From Rhizodiscina lignyota (taxonomy: Eukaryota), in assembly GCA_010015805.1 (NCBI GenBank), contig ML978135.1:186001-250000 (forward strand): 64,000 nucleotides of DNA. Reading direction: 5' to 3'. A model generated the notes under the pieces. It saw nothing but the letters and a program-made list of their open reading frames with translations. It ran no database searches and was not told the DNA's origin. Below are positions 49,898 through 62,513 of this stretch, in pieces; position 1 is the stretch's first letter; each line of letters starts with the position of its first letter. Both the position numbers and the translations under genes were made by a program.

Positions 49898-50548
49898 ATG
49901 GTAAGGCCATCATTGCAAGCTTGCACTTCTCATATTCTAACAAAATTTGCAGGCGGAGAACGACAAGAGCAGCAACCCCATGCGGGAGCTCCGCATCCAA
50001 AAACTCGTCCTCAACATCTCGGTCGGCGAATCTGGCGACAGACTCACGAGAGCGGCAAAGGTGCTCGAACAACTGAGTGGTCAAACTCCAGTCTACAGTA
50101 CGTCTATCACTAGACACATTCTGCAGCTCTGCGGTGGAGTAGGTGCGCAGTCTAACGGTCAATCGTAACAGGCAAGGCCCGCTACACCGTTCGAACATTC
50201 GGTATCCGCCGTAACGAAAAGATTGCCGTCCACGTTACTGTCCGCGGTCCTAAGGCGGAGGAAATCCTCGAGCGTGGCCTCAAGGTCAAGGAGTACGAGC
50301 TCAAGAAGCGCAACTTCTCCGAAACAGGCAACTTCGGCTTCGGTATCAGCGAGCACATCGATCTGGGCATCAAGTACGACCCGGCCATCGGTATCTACGG
50401 CATGGACTTCTACTGCTGCATGACTCGCCCAGGCGAGCGCGTTGCGAAGCGAAGGAGATGCAAGAGCAGAGTTGGTGCGAGCCACCGCATCAACCAGGCG
50501 GAGACGATCAAGTGGTACAAGAACAGGTTCGAGGGTATCGTGCGATAA
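49898..50548 (+). CDS. RPL11: 60S ribosomal protein L11 (uL5); first coding exon is the ATG only
   Basis: [70 protein letters not shown]. Confidence 0.97.
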
Positions 50549-51060
50549 ACTGCTGCAAAAGAGGTGTCTACAATGGGTGGTGATCGATTCTGGCATACAG
50601 CATTCTCAAGGGTTGATGCGTCTCGTAGCATAGCTACAGCAATTCAATCGCGGGCTGCTCACACAGCTTGCTTGGCCTATCTACAGAGCTCTTTGAGCGA
50701 TCACATTTTTCAATGGAGGCTTCACTTGGGTGATTGACCGCATAACCATTGGTGATCTACCATCTGGGGCTTTTCTTCAAAATTCAGAGTCCCTTCTCTG
50801 AAACTATCACCGAGGTAGGTCTGTGATCCGCGTGCCTTACTTCTTCCGTTCTCCAAGCCGCTCGGTTGAATCCGTGACAAAACATGCGGGCTTCATATTA
50901 AAGCGAAAAAGCCGTCTTTATCACACCTACACGACATTTCACATCTATGTACGAGCCATGCATATCCCTGCCACAGGGCAGAGTCTGTTCTATACGCTAC
51001 TATACAGCCATCTAGTTCCATGACCAATTACTCCATCCAGCAGATATGAAACGCACCCAT

Positions 51061-52856
51061 CTACAGCTTGACCTGAAACTTCGGATAAGTCCTGATGAAC
51101 TCGCCATACCGATTGAACAAAATCGGCAATGGTACCATCGCAAGCGCCAAAAATCCCAGTAGGCTATTGCCCCAGCCCAATCCCAGTGCATTGTACATTT
51201 TTAGACCACCAAGTGGAAGAAGTGCGCCGAACAACGAGCGCGCAACGGCATTAGCAGCTACAGCAGATGCTGCGTGAATGGTGAAAGCGTCGACGAGATA
51301 CGTTTGAATGGTCATCTAAGGTTGTATTAGCTTTCACGCCTCCATATAAATTGAGCTGGAAAACTTACAAAGACAGTCAGCAAACCTATACCCACGAAAC
51401 AGGTGCCGATCAGCGGCACAATCCAATGTATGTGGTACTGCGTCGTCCATCCATATATGAATAGTCCGCTCGGAATGCACAGCGCTCCAGGAAGGGTCAA
51501 GAACAGCGGAAGTCGATCCTCAGGCCTCAGCGGTATTCCTCTCCTCTGTTTGCTCTTTATCACACCATCGCTCACCGGTCCCATAATCGCTAGCCCTAGC
51601 AACATGCCAATACCGAGAGCGATGTACACCAGCCCGGTGACACCCTCGGAGAAGCCATACTGGCCCTGGAAGACAAACGTGAACGTTGTGAAGAGAAGAT
51701 ACAGAATGCCGTACACAAGCGCAGTGTAAGTCGAGAGCGATAATACGATCGGCGAAAGCAGTAGCAGCTTACTCGGTCGCACGATACTCCTCTTGAAGCG
51801 GTTCATTGTCGTCTCGCCTGTGTCGAATTTGCTCCTCAAGTTTGGATTGCCAGTCTCTTTTCGCAGCTTCGCGGCTTTACGAGCTAGGATTACAGGTCCA
51901 TACGTTTCGCGCATGAGGAAAAATGCAACGATGCAAAAGGTCCCGGCTGCAATAGCGATCACCCAGAACACCCATCGCCATCCGACAGCTTGGACGAGGA
52001 AGCCTCCTGCTACTGGCCCTGCCACGGGTCCTGTAATCGCGTCAGTGCAGCCTCACGTGATATGGAAATGAGCAGCTTTACCTATGAGTGGTCCCATAGC
52101 CCATATGGCCATCGCGCCTCCACGCTTCTCAACCGGCATCAGATCAGCAATCGTACCACCGCCCAACGTGATCGGTGTCGCGCCAAAACATCCCTCGAAG
52201 AGCCGGAAGACAATCAGCATGCTCATATTGGTGCTCACCGCGCACGCGACCGTGAAGATTACGAAGACGATGTTGCTGATCAGATACAGCGGTAATCTCC
52301 CGTACATCTCCGATAATGGCGCAACGATAAGCGGACCGATCGTAAAGCCTAGGATGTATATTGACACCACAAATGCCGCTAGCAAATCGGATGTCTCATG
52401 GAACTTCTGCATGACTTGCGGGACGCCAGGCGCGAACATCGAGGAAGCGAGAGGAGTGGTGAATGACAGCAGGGAGAGGATGGCGATGTTGCCCCATTTC
52501 TTTTTCGAGGACCAGTTCATGGGGTTCATAGGATCCTGGTCTGCTGGCTGCTCCCAATCCACAATGTTTGGATCAACTGGCTTTGGCGCCTCCTGCTTCT
52601 GCGCATCGACTGGTACTGTCTCCTCGTCCGAGGAGTCGCGGCTGGGCGTGCCCTTCTCGACGTCCTTGTCAAAGTCTACCTCCAGTGCTTTCGCAGATGC
52701 GTGTTGGTGCTTCTGCTCCTGTTCGTGCTTATCTTGGGGAGAGCCATTTGACTGTTCCTTGTCGGCGTCGGCGTCGTGGCCTTCTTCGTAGGCTTGTGAT
52801 TGTGAGTCGCTGAGATCGTTGATCGCTGGATCTAGGAAGACGCCAGGCGTCGCCAT
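51061..52856 (-). CDS. MFS multidrug transporter, DHA1 family; 3 exons
   Basis: [62 protein letters not shown]. Confidence 0.92.
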
Positions 52857-54437
52857 TGTCTGTTGTGATCATGGTGATTAGATGATGCACTTCCATGTTG
52901 TATTGAATGCCGAATATCAAGTATTCAAACTGATGCGCTCGAAATTGAGTCGCGTCGCCTGGCTTTGGCACTGGAACGCGACAAGATTCAAGACGGAGAT
53001 TCGCTTCCAGTCGACATGTCTCGAGCACATCTAGAATATGCCATATCCGTGCCATTGGAGGACGTTTGACACCGGGGCCGAAATGTTTGGATATCGCAAG
53101 GAGATCAGATAAACTCACCCCGTAAAATTGTTAAGGTGCTGACGACCCCTTCTCCGACGGCGCGGTCCGGTACCGAGAGCTGTTGTTGCAGGGTACCACC
53201 CCAGAGTTGCTCTTCTTGAGCTCACAGCGTCGGAAACAAAGCTGGAATATTGAACCGTTTAATTCGATCGTGGATTGAAGTTTTATGGACGTGGTCTGAG
53301 GCTCATAGCAGCAAATGTATAATGAAATCAACCATAGCGCCATTCGGACGCCTCCATGGAGGTTGAGAGCTAACGCCGACGCGCGACTCTTCGTCCGACC
53401 GAGTGGACGAAACTTTGGCCAACGAGCAGTGCCGACCTACCCATGGACCAGCACAAACCGGCACAAAGGTGCACATAACTGGCAAAAGGATCAATCTGAT
53501 GCGCACCGGAACCGAGAAAAAACGGCGTCCGAACGGCAGCTATCATGCACCCCGCGAATCAGTTGCGATCCATTGGCCTCTGCCGTATCCTAAAGGGAAA
53601 TACGATGGTAGAGTCTGGTCTCGCCTCTGTATAGATTGAATGATAGGCCAATTAAATTACTTTGCTTGCTTCAGCTTCTACATCTTCAGTGAAGTGCTGT
53701 CCTACTTCCCGCTAATTGAAAGCCTAAGACACTTGTTAGTCCGAACTCCATGAAATGTTACATTCGCTCTCTTATAGCTGTCAGCTGTACTCTCACTGCA
53801 TACAAACAGAACGGTCGAATTGTCTCCATCAAATGGTACTTTTCCCGGAACTAAACTTCGTTCCGGTTCCGCTGAATACGCGCTCCTAGTCCTATCTGTG
53901 CCCCTGGATGTCTGTCGCGAAGCGGACTTCATTTAGGCTCGGCTCCGAGCTTCGAAGGATGGAGATAAAAGCCGTTCTTCAGCGATCCATCGCTAACAAA
54001 GAATAAAGACCCTCGTCCGCTTAAGTCCGCTGCATAACAAACATTGAGGATAAAAACAAGATCGAGATGTGCATATTCAGCGACATGACCTCTCGATAAA
54101 GTCGAATGGTTACTCCATATCGTCTTTTCGACATATTCAGAAGATACACTGACGTTGTTCGAAAGAGAAGACAAAGTGACATATGCTGCAAGTAAAATCG
54201 ACAAAGTGATTTGATTACAATGGAGAACTTCACCAACTCCCAAAAACGCGACCGGGTTATTGCTGATTCAAACATAGAAAACTGCCCTGAACCTCCAGTT
54301 AAAACGAGGGTGCTCGTCCGCTATCGTTAAGGGCAGGTAATATGGGCTGACCGGCCTGCTTGCTTGACTTTCCGAGAGAGAGTAGGAAGGAGAACCCCGT
54401 AATTACGAACCGGTGAGCATAATAGGCCAGCAAAATC

Positions 54438-55543
54438 TCATTTCTCGGCATTGCTGCGGCGACCCTGTTCTTTGCGGACAACAAGTTTGAAGTTCGCCTC
54501 GCGGTAACGGCCCTGGAAGTTTAGTCCGGGATGTCCTATCGTAAGCAGAATGATACCAATCGACACCATGGCTCCTTCCAGGACCATGTAATCGACCTCG
54601 TCGAACCAGATGTGACCCTTGAAGCCCTGGCTCAACTCTGCTACGCGGAAGGCACAGCGAGTCAAGATGGCGATGGTGGCAATTGCTTGAGCTGATGCAG
54701 AGAATAATTAGCAATATCACGGACACAATCGAAGCGGGGCCCTACCAAGAAGGAAGAATTTGAAGCGTCGTGTTGAACGCAACAGCTCAAAGCGTTCATC
54801 AAGCAAGTCTTCTCTGGCATAACAGCGCCAAAAGAATGCAATGCAAAGAACAATGAAGAACAGCAGGGCAGCCACCTGAAAGATTAGGCCTGCCTGCATG
54901 ATGTGTAGACCAATATTCTCAAAGCTGAAGTTGTCCGCCATGCTCACGATTGTGCCACCTCCCGCTTGAAGTAAAAGCGAGATGAAATCACTACGTACTT
55001 ATTAACCTCATAGACTTGGTGAGTGGCTCGATAATCCATGAGGCAAGACACGTACCTTATGATGAATGTAAATGTGTATGTTCGTGGGCGGAAGTAGGAC
55101 GCTCGCTCGCCGAATGCTACGACCATTCGTGCCAGACAGACGTAGATCGCTGCTGTGAAAAATATGGACGCGATAGTGACACATATCAGGTATCTAAAAA
55201 CGACCTCGGCCATTGATTGCTCTTCGCGCGTGCTGAGGTGCACTTACAGCAAGAACGGGTTCTGCGGGAAGGGGTTGTGGTGCGTCTGAATTCTTCCAAC
55301 ATAACCAAGTACCTCTAGTAGGCATCCAATGGACATGCCAACCAAGTAGCCCCAGGTCCGATACCAAAACCCGAGCGAAAGGTTAAGGGCGAGGCAGAAA
55401 GCGAAAATTGACAGGTACAAGACGTTGCCCGCAAGATTCGGAGCATATGGAAGCTGAGCAAAAAACACCGGATAAATTTTCAGCGTACACTCATCGTAAG
55501 GTACCGTCCTGTTCAGAGCAGGCGAGAAGATGAAACCAGACAT
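54438..55543 (-). CDS. RTA1/Rsb1-like lipid-translocating exporter; 4 exons
   Basis: YAPNLAGN, GCLLEVLGYVGRI, AAIYVCLAR, DFISLLLQAGGG, IMQAGLIFQV, RCAFRVAELSQG, LEG..HPG; the introns restore one frame. Confidence 0.85.
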
Positions 55544-56134
55544 GATGAACGGCGGACCAGAAGTGGGCATTAACAAAAGACACGGCGAGTTTGGCAACAG
55601 TATAAGTGATGGTAACGTGGTTTAAGACTTTCAGAGAGTCTAAAGTCATGAAATAAATTGATGGAAAAGCGAAGAACTGATCAAGACAGAGAAAGCTGTA
55701 GCTTCTCAACGAGGATAATATAGAGACTTACCATCAAAGGGCGCGCTGCCAGCGGAGGCCCAGAGTATTATCCGTGGAAGTATTGGAGCCTACACCAGCA
55801 CACTTGAGGAAGTCCTGTACGAGCGATCTCTATATCTATTGAGAATGTGGCTGTCTAGATTGTAGTTCGATGGAACTGCTTGGCGGTGACTTGCGCGTCT
55901 CTCAGGGGAGTGAGAAAGCGTGGCGTTTCGGCGCTAGGCCCAAAGAAGATATGCTGTACGATGCCACCAATTGAGGTTCGCCCCAATTGCCCAAGGCTCT
56001 CCCCATCAATTACAAGTCTTGCGGCCTACAAACTTGATCATAATGGCTCTCTCAGGCTTTAATGGCCATTCTGAAGATGGTCACTTCCGACGAATGTTCA
56101 CGCTGCGGCGCTGTACTTGTCTGAACAGCTGAGG

Positions 56135-57687
56135 ATGACCAAGGAGAAGGCACTCGTACGGGCTTTCCACACAAAGACGAGATCAGGCTGTCGGACCTGC
56201 AAGTGATGCTCCCATATCTATTAAGAAGACAATACTTACTTTCAAAGGACCCGCCGGGTAAAATGTGACGAGCAGAAGCCGAACTGTAGGCGCTGCTTGA
56301 GCACAGGCCGACAGTGCGACGGTTATGAAGGCACAGCTATTCGGGACTGGGTGATATTCACCCCATCTCCATCTCCAGAATCTCCACTGCCAAGCGGCAC
56401 TTACGATATAAAAGACACTCGGCTGGGTTGTCATTTTGATTATTTCAGAGTTGTCTCTATTGCTGAATTCAGCCGAACCTTCCACGAGCAATTCTGGGGT
56501 CAGACTGTCATGCAGGCGACCCATGCGTCGAAAGCGGTGCATCACGCCTTACTGGCAGTAGCAAGCCTCCACAGGATTTACCGGGAGGAAATGATATCGC
56601 AAGCGACCATGCCGCCGAATTCTGCCACCGCTGCCGCTCCGAGCAGAGATTGGTACCAAGAGTTATTTGTTTCCGAGCACTATGGACATGCACTCCGGTT
56701 TCTATCCCAGGAGATTTCCGAGCCCAATAGCACGTATAGTCAAACCATTATCTTAATCTGCGCAATTCTCTTCGTCCTAATTGAAGTCCTTCAAGGCGAC
56801 GACGTTGCTGCCCTCCGCCATCTGGACTCTGGAATCAAGCTGGACTCGGCTCGCGACTATTGACGTCGCATGATGATGTCAATGGTCTGCAGCAAGAATT
56901 CTCCTGTCTATCAGATACTTCAAGGGGTCTTGACATCTTGATCAACAACCTTCTTCATTTCCGACGCACCGTTGCGGACGATTTCCGGTACTGAGACATC
57001 GGCGACATTCCGCTGCCCGTTGGTGCGGAGCAGCAAGCTCTTATTGAAAGTTTTCAGCAATGGGAGGCCGCATTTGATCGCTTCTACGCTTGTCAAGATG
57101 GTACTAGTGCTCTGGTGGCCACCTCTAGAAAACGTCAAGTACTCCTTCAGCGCATCCACTGCTCAACGGCTTTGACGATGGCTCATGGGTGTCTCAGCTG
57201 CGAAGAAGCTATCTACGACTCTCTGCATCCCCAATTTCACACAATTATACGCTCTGCAACGGAGCTCTTAGCTCTAGACTCTGATGCAAAGCCTACTGAG
57301 GAAGTTCAACGGCCGACATTTTCGTTAGAAATGGGCATCATCTGGTCTCTCTGCTGGACAGTCTACAAGTGTCGGGACCCCCACGCCCGTCGTCAAGCTC
57401 TTGCGTTACTTCGGAAGGCTCCACGAGAAGGGGTGTGGATTGGCGATATCCAGGCGTGTATCGCAGAGCGGGTCATCGAGATCGAAGAAGCTCCAATCGT
57501 AGATGGTGGAGCCGATGACAATGCAAGTAAACATTGGACTTGCAAAGACATCCCAGAGTGGCATAGAATTCACGGTGTCGATGTGACGCTCGATAAACCG
57601 AATCGTCTCATTGCGATGACATATTCTAGGAGACTGAATGGTATTGATGGAGAGTGGAATGATATTACAGAATGGCTAAAATATTGA
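56135..57687 (+). pseudogene. Zn2Cys6 transcription factor pseudogene, divergent from the RTA1 gene
   Basis: KTRSGCRTCK|TRRVKCDEQKPNCRRCLSTGRQCDGY, FSLEMGII..KCRDP..RRQALALL; frameshift near 56845 and in-frame TGA at 56992-56994. Confidence 0.8.
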
Positions 57688-57717
57688 GCATCACGACAGC
57701 GACGCTTGTTGGCGACT

Positions 57718-58981
57718 TTATAGTCTGGACATGGCCATCCATCCATCGGTCGCGATAGTATGCATCCTTTTTAGCACGGCAATCGTCTCTTCTCTAACTT
57801 CCTCCGTAATCTCCTTCGCACTCTGTGTCTTCGTGACCAACCCCACAACCGTACCCGCGTACGTTGTCATCCTTCCCGAGGGACCCCAACCCATATCTCC
57901 CTTCTTCTCCTCTTCTTTGTATAATCTCTTGTTCTCGTCATCTCCCATTCCGGCCATCGCATCCTCGTAGCTTCTGTTAATGACCGCCCTACCGCCATAG
58001 CGTTTCGGCCATTCGGTTGTGCCGCGTAGCGTGTCATACACACTTGTGCGAACGGTATGTGGGCCTCCATCAGAGGCTCTGATTATCTCATCTCGATACC
58101 CCTTCGTGATAACCGACTCCGGCGCAGCGAGGTACCTTGTTCCTAAAACGACACCAGCAGCGCCGAGCGCAATGGAAGCGGCGACGCCTCGCCCATCCGC
58201 TATGCCTCCCCCGGCGATGAGCACAGGCATTTCCGCCTCTCGCCCTTTGAGCTTTGCCGCTAGAGTGTCGTGGACTTCGGGTAAGAGACTTATTATCCCA
58301 GCGCCGCGATTGAGACCATGACCACCGGCATCTACGCCCTGCACAACGAGTACATCTGGCGCACACTTCTCCACAGCCTCAACAGCTTCGGCAACAGTGC
58401 CAATCTGAATCCAGATCTTCGTGGCATTGCCTGTTGCTTGGCGAGTTTCGTTGGTCCATGCGACGAGATCGGAGATCTGGTACGGAGCGTAGAACCATGC
58501 TGCTGCAGGTCGGTATTTGCGCAGCAGTTCGATAGCTAAGGGAAGATCGGCGCCCCAGTTGAGAAAGCCGATGCCTATGGGAAGTGTGTTGTTTGCAGTT
58601 TGGAGATGATGAGAACGAAGCAGCTGTCGGGCGTCCTTGAAGTAGCCCTCAAGAGTTGAGACGTCTGAGCTGGCGCCGATGAAGCCAATGCCCCCTGGGA
58701 GAGCTTAGCAGTGTATTGTAAATGGAAAGGGATGAAGAAGACAGGGGTTAATATCGAGGTGAAGATTGCATAGAGATTTCTTTCAAGGCGCGGCAGACAT
58801 GGCAAGCCTATGACGATGGTGCCTGAAATGTTCAGCTTGGTAAAGAATAAATGAACCTACCTGCCTTAGATACTTCCACAGCCAGAGAGGACAAAGCAAT
58901 CAACCTCATCGGCGCACTGGCAATGACAGGTCCCTTGACCCACGGGTAATCCTTGGCTAAGCGTGCTGTCGGAGAAGCCAT
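57718..58981 (-). CDS. Nitronate monooxygenase / 2-nitropropane dioxygenase family FMN enzyme, PTS1 -SRL; 2 exons
   Basis: IASAPM, SKA|GGIGFIG, QGVDAGGHG, AGGIADGRG..GTRYLA; ends MSRL*. Confidence 0.9.
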
Positions 58982-59354
58982 TGTTGCTAGTATCGGAGGC
59001 GAAAAGCTCTTACCCAACGCAGTTTGCCCAGCTACATCGTCTCCACTATATATTTAATCAGTCCAGAGCCGCGGAGATTGTTGATATTGAAAGTTTTGAG
59101 TCAGGCGAGGCAACCGACGTCGGAGTGCGGAATTAAAGCTTGGTATGTATCGGGGATAGACCGGAGGTGACGAAAATCTGGGGATGAGCTTTCATGTGCC
59201 CCACAGACTAATAAAGGGCCCTGGTACGTTGATAAATGCTAAAATAGTAGAATATTAATCACTCTAGAAGATCGAATAAGCATTGAGCTGTAATAAGTAT
59301 TCTCGTAAAGCAACATGCCAAATTACCAGTAGGTTGTGAAGTGGATTATTGCAA

Positions 59355-59436
59355 ATTAGGGATTCTAAACCCTAGGTAACAGTTTTCCAGAGCGAACTGT
59401 TACCCATTAGGGTTCCAAAACCCTAAGTAACAGTTC
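59355..59436. repeat. Nested direct and inverted repeat containing TTAGGG/CCCTAA motifs
   Basis: 30-nt imperfect direct repeats 59355-59384 and 59406-59435; GGTAACAGTT (59375-59384) / AACTGTTACC (59395-59404) perfect inverted repeat. Confidence 0.85.
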
Positions 59437-59657
59437 TTTACCGTAATAATCCTACTTGGGATGGTAGACATCCGCGTTTGAGGTCATACCCCCATTACAT
59501 CTTGAAAAAATTTGTATTCAGAGTTTGCCGAGGTTCGTATCTCATACAGACATTCCGTTTTCGTATCGTACAACAAAATATACAGATGCAAATCATGCCA
59601 TCTCCAAGATTCGAAAGAAAAGCAAATAAAAATAAATGACCAGAACCCAGGATTTCA

Positions 59658-61356
59658 CTATGCAATCGATTTCTCTTCTTCTTCCTCAAACTTCTCATCC
59701 CGAGAGGGTATATCTTCGTCAATATTTTCCTCTCTAGCAGCAGGAGTGATCACCGTATTGATATCCAAACGATCAACATAAGTAACCTTGAAAACGCTCT
59801 CGTCGATGTATGGGCCATTGAAATTTTTCCGCCCGTCGATGTACCATTGGAAGACGGAGATGATGAGTATGATAGCGAAAGCCGCGATGCAGTAGTTCAT
59901 GTTGCTGCCGGTTACTGGCAGCGCAGGCGGGAACACAAACAGAACCGTCGTCAGGATCGTGTATGCAATGCCAATCTTTTCAATGTTAGCAAAATACATT
60001 ACGCATTGATCGTCGACTTACCAAATTGCACACCCAGCCCCATGGTCCAGGAAGAACGAAAGCTCTCGTCTCAGGCAACATCTTTCGACCCCGAATGCAG
60101 TTGATAGCGGGCGGAATGGCATATGTGATGCCGAGCGCGACGACAGATGCTGACACTATAGCATTGAAGGCGCTGCTGGAGCCCAGGAAGATGCATCCGA
60201 ATATGATGACAAGCCCCGTTGTGAGGTAGAGGGCGTTCAGAGGTACGTTCAGCTTTGGATGGACTTTTGCGAAGAACTTCGAGAATGGAAGTCCACCATC
60301 TCGGGCGAAAGCATAGGTCATGCGGCTGCTCGTCGTCATAATACTCGTAGTTGCGAATAACAAGCATACTAAGGGGAACATAAGCAGGCATATTGACCCA
60401 GCCTTATTGCCCGTAGCGTCGTAGAAAATCTGCAGGACCGGTCCTGCGGCGGAATCGATGACATTGTTGACATCTTTCAGCACGAAGAGGAGCACACTGA
60501 GGAAGACGAAACCAGTAAATAGACCAATCCCCACGCAAAAAATCATAATCTTGGGCCCTTCGATAGTTGGTTGCGGAATCTCCTCGATCATATGCGCAAC
60601 AGCGTCGAAGCCAGTCAGACCTAATCCGCCTTGTAGCAATCCCAAAAGCCAGGCAAGTCCATCTGGCCAGCCGGTTTGGTTAATGAAGTCGCGATATACA
60701 AAATCGCCAGACTGGTAGTTCGGTGATGCGCAGGCCAGAACTGTGATACTGATCACCACAAATCCTAGAATTGACCAGATAAAAGCAGATTTCGTGACGA
60801 GCGGAAGCGTTGAGGTCAAAAATGCATTGACCAGGAATGAAAAAATGTTGTAGCCTACGTAGATGAGGAACTGGTGCCATCTTTGCGGACTATATGAGGC
60901 GTTCATGAACGATATGATGCCGACAACCAACTGGCTGCCCAGCAGACCTCCAGTGGCAGTGAGTGCGATCCAACCAGCAGTATTGATCCAGCCTGTAATC
61001 CAAGAAGTGATTGGGACCCATCGCCGGGGACTGACGATAGCTGCCCAGTGATATTGACCGGCAGATGTCGGGAAGGCCGAGAGAAACTCTGCGAGCGACG
61101 CCGCCAGACATAAGTTGCAGATTCCCGCAGTGACAAGACCCCAAATAACAGATGTCGGTCCACCACTCGGGAGAGCCAGTGACAGACTAGCTGCGAGAGC
61201 GGTCCATGAATTCAGGATAGCAAACCCAAGACCAAGCATGGAGATGAAGGAGAAATTCCGTTTGAGCTCCTGCTGATGGCCAAAGGCCGCCAGCTGGGCA
61301 GCATCTTCGTGGACACTGGTCCTCCGGATGTTAGAACTAGGGCGACGAGGCTTCAT
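59658..61356 (-). CDS. APC-family amino acid/choline (ACT, HNM1/UGA4-like) permease; 2 coding exons
   Basis: GHQQELKRNFSFISMLG, SLAEFLSAFPTSAGQYHW, GFDAVAHMIEEIP, SSRMTYAFARDGGLPFS, NMNYC. Confidence 0.9.
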
Positions 61357-62513
61357 TGCAACGAATTGACTAGGCGAGACGAGACGAGATCGGTGACACT
61401 AAAAGCGTGAGATGAAAGAGATGAAGAACTTCACTCACAGCACAGTATAGCCCGAATGTTGGGGCATGCTCACGCGGGCAGCTCAGATTGACGTCAGTGT
61501 GTACTGGGAGCACACAGACGGACACCTGCTGCAGATGGGCAAGTCTCCATCGGAATTGGATTTGTGCTGTCATCGTACTCATCACTTGGCCGGGATGTGC
61601 AATTCGGCTCCGGCGCGTTTCCTCTTTGGGGATGTATATCCCCGAGACTGCATGGATGGGCTACGACACTACAAAGCTTCGACTGGAACCCAAAAAGCAG
61701 TGCACTCTACGAATACTTTTGCCAATCGAGAATAAGAGAAATCAAATGGGAGAATGACTGAGTGGAAATGAAACTCTTGGCTACTTTGTCATCGACGGCC
61801 GAGCTTGAGCGGCCTCTGTGGTCGAGGCATGCTCATCAGCAACATGTCCGGGAAAAGCAGTGAAGGGCATGGAACATTTGGAACGCAGGGGGACGACACG
61901 AAGATTAGCAGATCATTTCGAGATTGAGGAAATGGCGGGTTGAATGGCCCCTTAGCAGATCGGACACGCAGCATGACGTATTGGGAATAGGCCGAACATA
62001 AGCGAAACCTGGGGAAATGCTTCACGTGCAAGCCAAGCCTCCGCCCGCAGAGCCGCATCGCCGCCACGAAATTTCCGTCTCGTTGCTTTCATCGTGTGTC
62101 TCCGCCGTCGATCCTTCCACCTTCCACCGGGTCGCTCCTTTTCGAACACCATACTCTTCTAGCTGAGCGTGAGGCTTGGCTCCGCGCAAGAGTGTTCGAG
62201 TGCTGTGAGAGAGCGGTAGAAGGGGTAGAAAGAGTTATTGTTGCTTCAAGATGAACGCGCCTGATAGGTGAGCTTTTCCTTTCGACACTTGGTGTATCAC
62301 ATCCATAAAGATGCAGTTACTACCTCTGTTAGGATTCTCTCCCAGCAGAGCTCTTGTATGCGCATCGCGTCGGGTGACTGGGTCGTTGCTGCCTCACGGT
62401 TGAAATGAGCAGTAACACGCGACTTCCCTATTCCAACACACACCACAAACTGTATTTCCTTTGCGCTTTCAGAGTTCACACACCTCTACGATTTCTCTTT
62501 CACACTGTCTGCA

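Noticed and set aside
55..61356. Choline sulfatase plus HNM1-like permease as a choline cluster
   Set aside because: About 58 kb apart with many unrelated genes between; permease substrate unknown
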